Shown: one piece after another, positions 25,779 through 39,300 of the stretch
Layout of the letters: each line of letters opens with the position of its first letter
How positions within the stretch are numbered: the stretch's first letter is position 1
From: Lytechinus pictus
Lineage: Eukaryota
Assembly (NCBI RefSeq): GCF_037042905.1
Contig: NC_087245.1
Location: 9,674,001-9,738,000 of the forward strand
Direction: 5' to 3'
Length of the DNA: 64,000 nt
Program-made: the position numbers and the translations under genes
Notes under the pieces: generated by a model
Seen by the model: the letters and a program-made list of their open reading frames with translations, nothing else
What the model was told of the DNA's origin: nothing
The model's database searches: none

Positions 25779-26741
25779 TTAAGCACTTTTGTAATTATGA
25801 ATAGGATGTAAAAAAAAATACATTTGTAACAATTAATGCAAGCGCAAATCACGAGCCGACATTTTTCATTGATAAACTGTCATGAAAAGGGGATTTTAAG
25901 AAGTTTGTTTACATAATTATCATAGAGGTTTACTTAACTCAATCAAAATGCGAGCGCGCAGCGCTAGCTGATATGTTTTGGCAATCGGACCTGAACAGGG
26001 ATATTTTTAGAACTTAGGGAATACACGAAGAGAATTGTTACTTGACAAATGAAATAATACGAGCGTGCAGCGCGAGCTGAAAATGTTGATATTCAGACCA
26101 TAAAACGGACATTTTACAAAGCATTTTTTTCAAATGATTAAAAAAAATGAAAGCTCGATGTCCGGGTTGAAATATGTTTTATAGGCATATATTTACTTCT
26201 CGATATTTTTTATATAGTGGCATGAAAGATTTTTTTATTTTCCAAGTCTTCCCCTCCTTTTATTTTATTCACCCGTCTTCCTCTTATTTTTCTTTCCTTT
26301 TCCTGTCTTTTACCCCCATTTTACCTTTTTTAAACTTTTTTTCTTTTTTTTTCCTCCGCCAATAGTAGGTGGGGCCCGGGCCCCCTGCCCCCTGGATCCG
26401 CCTATGACTATTTGCTTTCAAAATGTTACGAGAATTCGAGTGTGACAGCAAAGTGGAAGCAAGTAAGATAACAGTTGACGTCACAGATGTATTAAGAGGT
26501 TGTGGTTTATTCCAGATATCACGCACAAAAAACTGCTGAATATGAAAAATTAAATCTAAATTCTGATCAGAGTTCAAGATGAAGGTTTTCATGTCAGTGT
26601 AGATTCAAATTCTCATGTTCTCATGTAGGCAGTTAATTAGTCATATTACCCCAAAAAAGTTACACAGAAGCAAACACGAAAAGCTTGAGTGGAGAGAGGG
26701 AATGGTGAGGGGATGAATGAACGAATGAATGGAGGAATTAA

Positions 26742-28830
26742 TTATTCATTTATTCAAAACCAGACATATATATATCATATACGTCAATCACTATTAAATA
26801 CACTGACATAAGTTTATATAATAACATGAATGTTTTTAAGACCCCGAGAGAAGCTAGGCCTGTGAGAAGGACCCTACTGACACATCCAAAAAAAAAATGA
26901 TCATCATTATTATGGTGGAAATTTACGAATAATTATCAGTTATACCATCGACGGAAGCCCAAATGCCACACGAGTTCACTCTAAGCATACATGAGAAAAA
27001 TAGTTATAGTTATGTATACAAGAATACATAATACAAGCAACGTAATAACAATGTATCACACACACACACACACCCACCTCACATGCAGCACACAACAAGT
27101 ACACATAAAACAAGAAATCAAGAAATTATCTAACGTGTTTTTTATAATCATCTTTTAAATAACATACATTGCTTTACAAAGGATTTCAAACCTCGAAAGC
27201 GTTATATTGTTTTTTATTAATCTCAAGTGACAGCTTATTCCATTAGTATAATACAAAAAATCCGAAATGAATTTAAAGAGACGCATTAGTGGCAAACAGA
27301 TCTTTCAACACACGAATTTGAGTACAGAGCTGAAGTTTAAACATATAGATCAAACTAGTGTATGATATGAGTTCGTCAAAAGGCAATAAAAGGGATAAAG
27401 GTCTGTTTGGATGCCTAAATTTCGATTTCGTTATAAGCATTATCACCCTCTTTTGCAGATTTTTTTCAATTTTATCAGTAAGTGTTCTGAATGTATTATC
27501 CCATGCAATGTTAAAATAAGTCAAATATGGGATCACAATGCTATTATACAAATTATTAGTGGCGTAATTAGGCAAAGTATTTGAGGGGGGCAGTTATGGC
27601 GTATAAGGCAAAATAATTTTATAAAAAGTTGCGAGCAAATCGAGCCAGCAAAATTTTTGGCAAAATTACAAAAAAAAATAATTTTGTGATAGATTTTGAC
27701 ATAATATTCAGAAAATAATATCATTTTCATCTTCTCTCTCCCATTTTCTTTCTTAGTCGTGATTTTTTTATTCGATTTAATTTTTCATTTAATTTTATCT
27801 TATTTATTTTTCATTATTATTATTATTTTTATTTGGGGGGGGTTGGGGGAGTGCTCCCCATCTGTACGCCACTACAAAGTAATTAAAACCTTTCGGACAA
27901 GATATGACCAATAATTAGGAGTTCAGCATTATTTGGAACAATTTACCCCCCCCCCCCCGAAAGATGACACATGCCGTTTTTTGTACATTCAATAAATTTG
28001 TAACAACAGAACCATAATGTGTAACTTCTTATAATTTGGTTTGCAAATTTGCCATCAATGTAACAATGTTGCTATCGGACAGTAAAAAACCAATGTTATC
28101 CGCAGAAAAGTAATACAAAAATAAGTGTGATGTATTATGAGAATCACTAATATAGATAGAGAGCACCAGTGGCCCCAAAACTTACCCTTGATGAACACCA
28201 TAGTTCATAATAGATGATTCTGGGTTGATACCATCAACAACTACATATTGGATTCGATCACGTAAGTAATTTCCAAACCAGCACAATGCTATGCCCCGAA
28301 TATCATATTGTTCAAGTTTTCCTAAAAGAATTGAACGGTCAATTATTGAGTCAAAAGCTTTTGGCAAGTCTATAAACATTCCAAGGCAAAACTTTTTTAA
28401 ATGAAAATACTTGATAATAGAATTTAACAAATTAAAAATAACCATGCAAGTAGAGAAATTTATCCGGAAACCAAACTGTTGGGGAACCAACAAATCGGTT
28501 TTTTAACAAAAATCATTCAAACGTTTTTCACAAAAAAATCGAAAATACCGACAGAGTTGATCTCTAATTAACAATATTTTCATTCTCATTTCTTTTGTAC
28601 ATTGGTAGTACTTTAGCGTACGTACTTCAGTCTGTCTGGTACAACTAATTGTGACAATGATTTATTAAAAATACCACAAAGGGGCTCATTACAAATTTTG
28701 TTACCAAGCGTCTAATTCTTTAAATGAAAGATACCATAAAGCTTATTCTTATTTTAAAATAGGGTAGCATGACCTATTTTCCAGGTTTTTATAGATCATC
28801 CTTTCCATTCAATCTTCACTTCATTGGCTT
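26742..28830 (-). mobile_element. Heavily decayed L2/CR1-group LINE fragment
   Basis: [35 protein letters not shown]; minus-strand tail tgaataaatgaataa. Confidence 0.88.
27557..27874. mobile_element. hAT-like MITE inserted in the LINE
   Basis: tagtggcgta / tacgccacta; flanks caaattat / caaagtaa (6 of 8 match). Confidence 0.75.
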
Positions 28831-31056
28831 CCTTTTAAACAGAGAATTATGTTCAAATTACTCTTGATCGTCTTCAACACAATGAATGAACAGGCTCCAG
28901 AGTATTTAAGGAACTGTATTTAGGGACTCTGTATAGCAATTATGTCGGCGGTGATCCCATTCGTATACATTAGCCGGTGATAGAACTTTTACTGGGTCAG
29001 CTTCAAAATACTGAAATGATTTGCCTCTTATAACAGTCTCCATCACTAGCAATTTTCTGGAAAGCCGTTAAAACCCCATCTCTTTCGCAGTTTGTAGTTT
29101 TAACATTATATGATTAATTTCAATTATTTGATTGTAATTAAACGCTTCGGGCCTTAAGTTAAAAGCGCGGTATAAAGTAATGAGTAATATAGTAATAATA
29201 CATGTAATTATTTTTTTAGAAGCAAACACTAAGTAATCCATGGTTTTTGACATTTTTTTTTTTCTCTGAGCAACTTGAATAATACGAAAACACTGATCAT
29301 AGAAATAATACCTGAATGCAGTATTGAAATGAATCATTGGCATTTGATTTTAAGTACATGATTTGGCACTTTAGTCATTAAATTTTGATACATGAGGAGA
29401 AGGGAAAAAGCACCCCCCCCCCCCCAAAAAAAAAAAGATTGGATAAAGGTAAAAATTGGGGAATGAGAGGGGAATCTCGGGCCTAGCATCTCATCTCCTA
29501 TGTTAGCGTATTGGCTGTGTAACAGATCTCGATATGTTTAGATGACGTCAGATGTTTCTTCGCAGACTCCGCCCCCATCTGACGTCGCATGGGTATGTAA
29601 ACCCTCAATGCGAGTCTTAATTTGCTGTTTTTCATCAATTCCTAATGAAAACGATCAACAATTATGGTACAACAATAACTATTATACAACAATTAACATA
29701 CAAGAAATGAAAATCTGAATGGAAAACGTATCAATACAATTGACAGCGGGAGAGGTACAAACATAATAATTATTATCGAAAAGCAAACAGCTGCCCCTGT
29801 AGATATATCAATTCTGAGTACTGATAAACTTTGTACTCGAATATTAATACAAGATATGGGTGTGATCGAGAGTTACACGTACGATTGAATACTGAAATTT
29901 GAATTTTAGACCACTTAATATTGAGTTCATCTCGTGCACTGCACTTTGATCTGATTTGTTGATTCATTCTTGAATGACTAGGTAAAAACTACCCCATCCA
30001 TATTTATATACTTATTGTTAAATAAAAACAAGGGATGGAATGGATTGGATGATTGAGAGTTAGAGGTATAGTTTAGAGTTAGATTTTTATGCCAAGTGAT
30101 TTCCAATGCTTTTTCATAAATATTTTTGCATTGCATATTATTATACAGTTTACAAGTTTACAAGGGCAAATCGATATATTTCCCGAAAAAAAAAATCATG
30201 GGGCGATCGCCCCCTGCACCTTATGATCGAAGCCTCAGTTATGAGCGAGTTTATTCTATTCTCTACAGTGCACTATTGTAATATAAAGAAACAAAATAAA
30301 GAATTGAAAAGGGTGTAGACCATTGATGTGCTGTTATAAGGGCAGCGATCCCGGATCATGTTCTTTGCAGCCTTTCTACATGTTGAGTAGGCCTATCCCA
30401 TTTAGGAATTTAAAGATGTTGTGGATGTACATTTATTTAAGTTCATAATAAAGTTCTTTAAATGATAGGTTTCATTACTTCCCCGGTCACTCTATTCCCT
30501 CGCTATATTTTCAAAGGGGGGGGGGACAAATGTCTATAACATGTGAAAATATCGCTCTTAAAAATAGTTTTTTTTTTTTTTTTTTTTTTTTTTGGGGGGG
30601 GGGGGTGGTTCGTTCACTAGGCTCACTCATCTACAACACAGGTCCTCTTCCTGACAATCAGTATTGCCCCCATGAAGTGAAACCTCATACTCTGAATGGT
30701 GGTATAGACATGTAGATGAATGGTTATTAAAAACACTTTCAAGTATTTTTGAATAATTCATGTGATTTTTTGGATCGGTCGCTACGCTCCCTCACATAAT
30801 ATCGCAAATATTTTTTTAAAAGGCGAGGGAAGCTGCTTGGTCAGTATAGTCGCCCACCTCGAGAGTCCCACGTATACAATGTGCTGCCCATGATTTGCCA
30901 TTTCCATAGTTTTCATTAAAACATCGAAAATATCTCAAGTCCCCAGAAGCCCCCCCCCCCCCCATAAAAAAAAAAGAATAAATAAATTAGTCTAGAACCA
31001 CACCTGCTTTGTTTTCTGATAACTTCGTAATATTCAAACCCATTATACAGTTTCTG

Positions 31057-31233
31057 GGCCGTTTCATTAAGCCGTTCGTAAGTTATAAGAGTGACTTCAA
31101 GAACGACTGGTGAACCTTTCTTACGCGCTAAACCATCGTTTATGAACATTTTGGTGCATTACATTTACCACAAGAAAGGTTAACCAGTCGTTCTTAAAGT
31201 CTATAACTTACAGACAGGTTATGAAACACCGAC
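31057..31233. mobile_element. PIF/Harbinger-like MITE (decayed relative near 19375-19690)
   Basis: CTG flanks; internal inverted aagaacgactgg / ccagtcgttctt. Confidence 0.75.
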
Positions 31234-31637
31234 CTGGTATTTCTTTTTAATTTCGACATGATGGGATTAGCCCTAGGAATCCTAAATATCCCTTTTTCAT
31301 TCGATTGCGATTGGTTTCTGGTATTATTCTGTTGTTGTAAATTGTTTTAGTAGGACCGGAAAAACATCGACATATTTATCAAATCATTCATGAAATCGCT
31401 GACTTCTACAATGTCTGCTGAGACTGCCGATCGTCCTTGCCATTAATATCAGCTTGTTTAATCCCTTATGACTTAGGGCGTTCAAAATGTGGAGTAGGCA
31501 ATTTGTGGGATTTTCGATTTCATCTCCCTTATTTAATTGTTGATATTGTAGAGGAGGACTCTTTTGACGAAGGGCAAGGTTGGAACTGGGAGGGGCTACT
31601 GCATGCATGTAACGTCATCCCCGAAGTACAAAAATTG

Positions 31638-32191
31638 CCCGGGGGGGCCACTTCCATTGACGAGTGGATACCATGCGCGACCATGTGGTCTCGAAAAGCA
31701 CCCTAAACACGTATTTTCCATATTCTGAAAATGCACCCCTTAACAAGTATTGGCGTCTGAAACCCTACCCTTAACAAGTATTGGAAACAAAACGATACTC
31801 TATTCCCTGAAATGAGCCCCTAAACAAGTACAGCGATACTTTATTGTTATGTCACGGGTCCGTCGGTCGTCGGTTTTACCTTTACACACCATTTAGTACG
31901 GCCCCACCTTACACACCTCGCGCAAATTGGACTCTAAACACGTAGTGTTGTGTGGGGCAAAAAGGATATCCTTTATAAAACATTTTAATTTTGTTTCATT
32001 ATCCCCGAAAATTTGACTCTAAACAAGTAGCTTTCCTAGCGAAATAGATACCCTTTTTTCATTATTTTTGTGTTTTTGACACCCTTAACACGTTACGTAC
32101 GTAACGTGCCCTATCTTGAAAAAGACATCCTTTTTACGTGTTTCTTTGGTCGCGCATGGTATCCACTCGTCAATGTAAGTGGCCCCCCGGG
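31638..32191. mobile_element. MITE with CCCGGG termini, about 45-bp TIRs and 8-bp TSD
   Basis: AAAAATTG at 31630-31637 and 32192-32199; near-perfect TIRs. Confidence 0.92.
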
Positions 32192-32251
32192 AAAAATTGC
32201 GACAAATCGTGAAAAGTATGATAATGTTTAATCGTGAAAGTGAGTAAATTG

Positions 32252-32605
32252 CCCGTCGTTAAGGGTATAAAAACACCGATTTTCAAAAAGGGGGTAGTTT
32301 TGAAAAACTGGTCAATGGTCAGTATAACAGGGTCAAACATAATTTTATCTAGGGTATGTTTTTTTTTCCAAAGCTTTTTTTTAAAGACTAGCCAAACGCG
32401 TTTAGGGTATGTTTTTTTCCCCAAGCTTTTTCCCCGAGGTCATTCTGGCAACAACTTGTTTAGGGGCCAGAATGTGTAAATACATCCCGCGAAAAACTTG
32501 TTTAGGGGGTTATTTTGCACACAGAGAAAAACTCGTTTAGGGGGTGTTTGGAAATAATTTGGCCACGCGTGTGTACAGCAATACATTGACTGCCCCCCCA
32601 CCGGG
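32252..32605. mobile_element. Related CCCG...CGGG element, left arm deleted
   Basis: GTAAATTG at 32244-32251 and 32606-32613; cttgtttagggg motif is the reverse complement of the neighbour's cccctaaacaag. Confidence 0.75.
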
Positions 32606-32864
32606 GTAAATTGTCGCACTGATAGACCCAATACGAAGAGTTGCTTGGCTACAGTTTGCAAAATCCAAGAAGGGAGGGGCCTGGGCATGTATAAGACCCA
32701 ATTGCTGTTTAATACCTAGGTCTTGATTGAGCTTAGTGACAATTAGGAAGAATCCCATATTCTTGATCCAAAATGCAAATTTACGAGTTAAAACTAACAT
32801 TATGCATGTTTGTTTGATTGGAGGAGACCAACCTTCAATTTGATATTATGTGCTCAATACCCTT

Positions 32865-33000
32865 AATCATCATCATCATCATCATTATTATTATTATTAA
32901 CATTATTATTATTATCATTATTATTATTATTATTATTTTACTATTATTATTATTATCACTATTATTGTTGTTATTATCATTATCATTACCATTATTAATG
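32865..33000. repeat. (ATC)n/(ATT)n microsatellite
   Basis: Directly visible. Confidence 0.92.
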
Positions 33001-33059
33001 GAAATAGGAATAATCTCATTTATAGTACCTGTTAGTGAGAAAAAATTACATTTTAGAGC

Positions 33060-33237
33060 TCTTCATGCATGGCCTATTTATTTGACACATCCTGCATCTC
33101 TGGAACAATGGAGGGATGCGTTTACACACAACGCAGGTTCCAGTCATCCGCCCGGAGTGGACTCGAACCCTCGACCTTTTTTGGTTCGAAAAGCAGACAC
33201 TGCACCGATCGACTGCACTGAGCCAACACAGAACGCC
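33060..33237 (-). mobile_element. tRNA-derived SINE-like element
   Basis: Minus strand: A box ttggctcagt, B box ggttcgagtcc; cloverleaf disrupted. Confidence 0.6.
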
Positions 33238-34429
33238 GAAAGTGTGTCTACGCATAAGCCGGCTTCCCGTCGCCTTTCCACGTAAAACTACTGATCTTAC
33301 TTTTTATTTAAACGTTTTTATTGTTCTTATTGGTTGTTATAGCTATATATAGTTGTTCGGTGTTTTTATTTCAGTGGTCACGCCGACCTGAGTCCACTAG
33401 GGGGGGGGGGGTGATACAGGATGCACATACCAATCGCAGGACAGAAGACGGCGTGAGCCGCCTTCAAACCTCATCCAGAGGTAGACTCTATCCGAGCCGG
33501 CTTCAGTCCACTTTCAGTGCAAGTGTATCACCACCAAACTTTTTTTTTTTTTTTTTTTTTTTGGGGGGGGGGGGGGGGATAAAACGAATAATAGTTTCTA
33601 GTTTCTACGTACTTACAACACAAATAAAAAAACAAAAGAAACACATTCTAGTCTTCCAGTTTCTTACACTGAGAGTTACATAAGATATACTAAAGCTTAA
33701 AAATTAAGCTTATTGTTGTAAACGGATGAGAAGATGGGAAGATAAGCCTATGTCAGGATTATACCACAGAAGGGTAAATCCTAGCTATCAAGAATTGTGT
33801 CGACGAGTCAGGCAGGTAGAGTCCTTGCCATTAGTCAGTCATTCATTCGATAGGAATAACGATCGTATTTGTACATGGAATAATCTACCTCACGTATCCA
33901 AAGGACAAATCGACTGAAGTGATATGTATAATAATAATACTATCCTTTACATGTATGATGATAATGTATTATGATGTTATATGAAATAACCAAAATAAAC
34001 GAACAAAACATCTAACCAATAAATCGATATAGGTTTCAGCAAAAAAAAAATAGCACATAAAAAGAATAATATGAAGTTATAGTATGAAATATTATAATTA
34101 TCAAAACCAACATGAAAATAATCTGATATTACTGCTCCTAGATTGATCGCGCTTCGGGTAAAAAAGAACATTAGTTGTTATATTTCCTTGCTCTTACAAC
34201 TTTTTGTTTGAAAGCAGGCTCGTCCTTGCCATTCGTTTTACGTCGTATATGTCCATGAGTAATTCACGTCCTTGCCTTTTCTCTTGTTTTTATCTTTCAG
34301 AGGTACCTCTCTATTTATATACATGCCTTACTAGGGCGGGAGGAGAGGGGGTTGGTTCGTTGTACCTTATATTACACATACATGGCCATGAACACGGACT
34401 ATTGTTTATGTATACAAACAACGGAAATA

Positions 34430-34738
34430 TTTAGACCACGGATAAAGCCGGTATCAACAAGGACCTCCCGGTTCCTACAGGGAGCCACCCGGTTGCATTC
34501 GGTAGCTACACGGATAAGGTGGCTACACGGATGGACACTGATGATTATCCGTCCGTCTTCTCCTGGATGAAAATTGAACATGTTCAATTTTTCTCCCGGA
34601 TATGCCGGTACACCAAGGATGGCGCCGGATGAGTAGCCGGTGTGTACACGGTAATCCCGGACTGTACGCGGATGACTCCGGATTGACAATCCGGGATGAT
34701 CCGTGTTGCTTCCGTGAAGGTGTAAAAGCGGGGATACA
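34430..34738. mobile_element. GC-rich fragment with ccgg/cgga repeats, probable Harbinger-type MITE end
   Basis: Palindrome aaaattgaacatgttcaatttt; ends gtgtaaaagcgggga. Confidence 0.5.
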
Positions 34739-36100
34739 AAAAATCACCTTCGACAAGTCTGAATTAAACGCTTCTATTTATTGCCAAACAGTGCGTGGTC
34801 TATAGAAACGAAACTGATCATTAAACAATAGCACTGCAAATACATATCGCCGAGTTTTAAATGCTTCTGCGTTATAAATTCATCACGACTATAAGGTCAT
34901 GTTACTTTGGCTAGGGTTTGTTGTTTGATCTTTGCACTTACCACGTGTGGAGCACTCACGTAAGTCGATATGCAAACATTGATACCGGCATTTGTTTCTT
35001 CTCCAAATTGGGGAAAAGCATGTGGAGGTATCATTGCTATATATAGCTCTCATTTAGAATTATCCGCAGTTGATACGATTATGCTGGACAATCGTTTTTA
35101 AAAGAAATATCTAGGCAATCGTGTTGTTGGCATCCCTGCAATAATTTTGATTTCAAAAAAAAATATCCTATATAGATATTGCGTTTGAAAGTCTGAAAGT
35201 CGAGGGGGGGGATAAAATAGCCCTGCCTGGTAAAATAAAAAGGAAATAAAGGCCGGGAATAAAGGTGATATTGGATGCCTGTATAATACTGCCAATGATT
35301 TCCATCTGAAGATCAAAATTCTATGGCTTGGACTCGGAGTTGCGTCCTTTTCTCGCCAGAATAGAATTGAGATTTATCGTCAGAAGGAATCTTTTAAAGT
35401 GTTGTGAACGCTAACTTTTCCATGTCAATTTTTTGGGGGTGATGAAGAGGGAGATTAGAGCGATCCCTCGATTATCTTGCCTTCCAATCGTTTTGCAGTC
35501 AGGGGTGGAGCTTACGATGCTCTAGTCTTCATGAATGACTGCTAACTGCACTGAATGCCTATCGCCACGCCCACAAAATGCACTATTGATAGAAAGAAGC
35601 AGGGACTTTACAGAACGCACCTTGTAACAAAAAAAAAATAAAGGCTTTATTGACTGCAGTCCAACAATGGAATCATACGTGAAAACAACAACAAAAAACG
35701 ACCGAGACACTCACCCCTGTGATTTGCTGCTCATCTATTGCGACATAAAAAGTCATCTTCCAGTATAAAGAGTGGAACAATCATTTAAAACACTACAGTT
35801 GTACAGATTCTGGCGGTTAAACAGTATGATTATAACCTCAATGCAGTTTGATTGCAATCAGGTCAAAATATAAAGTATAGTGACTTTCGTTCAACGTATC
35901 ATCTTTTTAAAGACATTCGATCGAACTTTCGGGACAGCCCAACCAATCCTAATAATATACTCTCAAATAGACGTCTAGAGTATTATTACGAATGGTAGAA
36001 CCATGCTAGAACAGTGGTGAACTGATGGTATTTAAGATGCTGAAACGTGGAGAGCAGAGAGACCATTGTTAATATCGAGAACATCTAGATGCAGTAGTGT

Positions 36101-36388
36101 ATGAAATCACTTGAAATAATAACGATGCACAGTCAATACATCTCATCAAACATCAAATTATCACTGCCTAATGTCAAGTTATTGACATCAGCTACATTAT
36201 GTGTATTAACAGTATGCCTGGTGTTTCGAATCATTCGTTCTCTGTGGTTCAAGAAGGGAGATGGAAGACGGCGCCCCCCTGGACCCAAGGGACTGCCCCT
36301 CTTAGGCTCACTTCTGGATCTACGCTACGACGTTTTGATGAAATTGAAGCAATTCGCCCAAGAGTATGGAAGCATTTACACCATAAAC
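36101..36388 (+). CDS. P450 exon 1
   Basis: TM anchor + PPGP hinge, ...YGSIYTIN|gtgagt. Confidence 0.9.
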
Positions 36389-39300
36389 GTGAGTAAATAT
36401 AATTTTGTGCAAACTGGATATCTATATAATTATGACGAGCAGAAAACAGTTTGGCCACTGCATAATGTATAATTGTATAGAGACCCAAACTCCCGATTGG
36501 GTGTAAATAGCAGTCCCGTAGCCGGGGGGGGGGGGGGGGTCCGCGGAACCCCGACGATTGCCAACAGCAAAAAAAAAGGGGGGGTGGGGAGAAAAAAGGA
36601 GAGGAGAACAAGTAAAAAGAAAGTCGAGAAGAGAAAGAAAAAATAATGTAAAAAAGTGAGAGGAATTATTGTAAAATAATAATTAAAAAAGCCTATCAGA
36701 TCATTATAACAAATTAAAAAATCGCTTTTCTTTGGCGCTCACATTGTCTTGATTGAGATTATTTGCTCAAGAGGATTATGAAAAAATTCCGGCTCACGCT
36801 GCGTACTCGCAATATTTGACAAGCGAGATGCGTATTATCTTCCAGAATGCACAGACTTTGAAATTACCCCTTTTCTGGGTCCCGTTTCATAAAGACTTGT
36901 TTTTTACTTTTAGCCAATAAGATGGAACGATTTCAGTAGATTTTAACTGTTATTGCAAATGTGTTACTATAGTATAAGTTAAGAAGAACTTACTTGACCT
37001 GGATGGCAAAGTGCCTGTTCAAACATATCCAGTGCCCTGTTGTGAACATTCATTTGTAGTGGTGAACACACGCCAGTTTTTCGCCGATTAATTAAGTTTT
37101 TCTATCGAAAAACTAAGTTTATCGAGATAAACTTAATTTATCTCCGAAAAAGGGATTTTTTTCATGAAAACCTAGTTTAGGGTGATTCCATACGTGTCGT
37201 ACGGGACATTTAGAGAATATTTGACCGTTTCTCGACAAGAAAAACAAAAAAATATTCCATGAACTAAAGATGATCCTCAAGTACTACCGGAGTGTTAGAA
37301 GAACCAAGACTTTATATGACTTGAATTCACTTCACATCCTGTATAATACAGATTTAAAATAATGTGTCGTACGGAACGCAGAAAATGACCTTTTTGGAAT
37401 CTTTAAGTTTGTACTCTAAAGTCTGTGAGTTGCACAGATAATTCTAATAAAAACTGGACTGAAATTGATATTTAACTACCCAAGAACACACAAATATATG
37501 CAGGGCCGTCGCCAAAGGTGCGACACCCCCCCCCCCCCCCACTATTTTGGATATCGTCGCCTAGAATGCAATGTAAACATTCATGAATAAATAAAGCAAA
37601 AAAAAAAAAATTCGAGAACATTGTGGCGCAAGGGACATTCAAAGTGTGTCGTACGGACATTTCTAAATTAAAGCCAAACTTTCTTACTTTATGTCTCTTT
37701 AACTTTTTCAATCAATCAATTTGGATGATAATAAGGATGATAATCCTTAAAGTATCAAACGGAAGACATTTATCATGCTAAAACTGCCACTGACTGAATA
37801 TTTCTGTCAATATATCACGAACAAAATTATATGTCGTACGGGACACTTGTGAGTTGTACAGGACAGCCTTAATAAAACAATGAACTTTATATCAATCAGA
37901 AAGGGTGCGTTGCCCCTATAAATTCTTCCTTTTTGATGAAAAGTGTTAACCTATCATTCAGGACAATATATGTAGCCTTATTCTATCCATTATATACATG
38001 TATAAAATTGGGAGCAATATATCATCATTTTTCATGATGGGAAATGCACAACGGTTCACAGCAATATTTAAGAGCTAAACAAATTGGGGTTTTGTGTGAA
38101 GTTAAATTTTAGTGAATTTAGTAATGATTTCCAATTATACTATTTAAACATTGAATGAATGAATAAATGATACTGTATATTCATAAATAATGGGGCTAAA
38201 ATGTTATAATTTTTCATATAGAATTTAAATAATGACAAATGTCACAACTGTTTATCAAGAAAAATTCTGTTTTTCAGTCGAAAAGCATAGTTTTTCGCAA
38301 AACTCTGTTTTTCAAATGAAAAACTAAGTTTATCGAAAAATTAATATAAAAAACCCCAAATTAACAGGACAAAGGAAGATGCTGGATATATTTTATGAAA
38401 GCTGAGAGACTTGATTACGTGCTTAAAGATTGATTGAAGTTATTGAGAAGCTGACTGGCATTGCGAATATTGCGCTTTATTTCAGACTGTGCGGAGTTTG
38501 GAAATGAGAATAACATGTTTGCTATTAATAGGAACAGGGGCGGCGGAGCGAATTTGTAAGTGATGTGGCACATGGAATAAAAATACTTTATCTTTTGAAA
38601 AATGCATCTTAAAACAAAGTACAATACAAAAAATTAATATCCACCCCACTCTAACATGTCTAAAATAATGAATAAAATTATTATTTCACAATATACGTTT
38701 CTGCCTGACATGCCTTAATTAGCTGTGTGTTTCGATGTAATTTTAGAATGAACGATTTTAAAGCGGATTTTTATTACCAAAATGTAAAATAATTGTAAGC
38801 TATATATGCTGTTTGAAAAAAAAAAGAACTTTAAAAGTCGTTAATAAGAAAACACCATCAGGCGCTTATCCAAGGATGCGGATGCATACCGTAATTCCCT
38901 CTCCCCCAAAAATTTTCCTTCATTTGTTTCTCTTTTTTTTGGCTCGTCTAAGTTTTTGAGAAATATTGTATAAATTATGTGGCCCTTCAGTATGGAAGCT
39001 TAAAAACGCCACCCATAATCATCTCGTCATGTCTTCATCTCTTAGGGAAAAATGATAGGATGACAAGATCTCGGATCTCGTCATGTCTACATCCCGTGGG
39101 AGAGATGATCAGATGACAAGATCTTAGATCTCGTAATGTATATCTTGTGGGAGAGTCGGGATGGCAAGAACTTGCCGATAGTTGCTGCCCTCTACGTTCC
39201 TTGGTTTATGATATACAGTGACTGGGCGTTGTGGCGTGCGCCTGTAATCCAAGCTATGTGGGGAAGTTACAAATTGATGCAGAGGTTCGAGCCCTGGTCA

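Larger units (their letters stand above)
23717..26406. mobile_element. hAT-like non-autonomous element with periodic gcgagcgcgaagcgcgagc motifs and two nested MITEs
   Basis: Ends caggggcagaccca / tggatccgcctatg; same internal motif as 62024-63490; TSD not clear. Confidence 0.75.

Noticed and set aside
32818..33285. 155-aa ORF with poly-Ile/Leu
   Set aside because: Microsatellite plus an antisense SINE fragment
39220..39265. True 7SL RNA gene or human Alu contamination
   Set aside because: Similarity ends after about 45 nt, no S domain or poly-A, has a CA tail and a TSD within a local MITE
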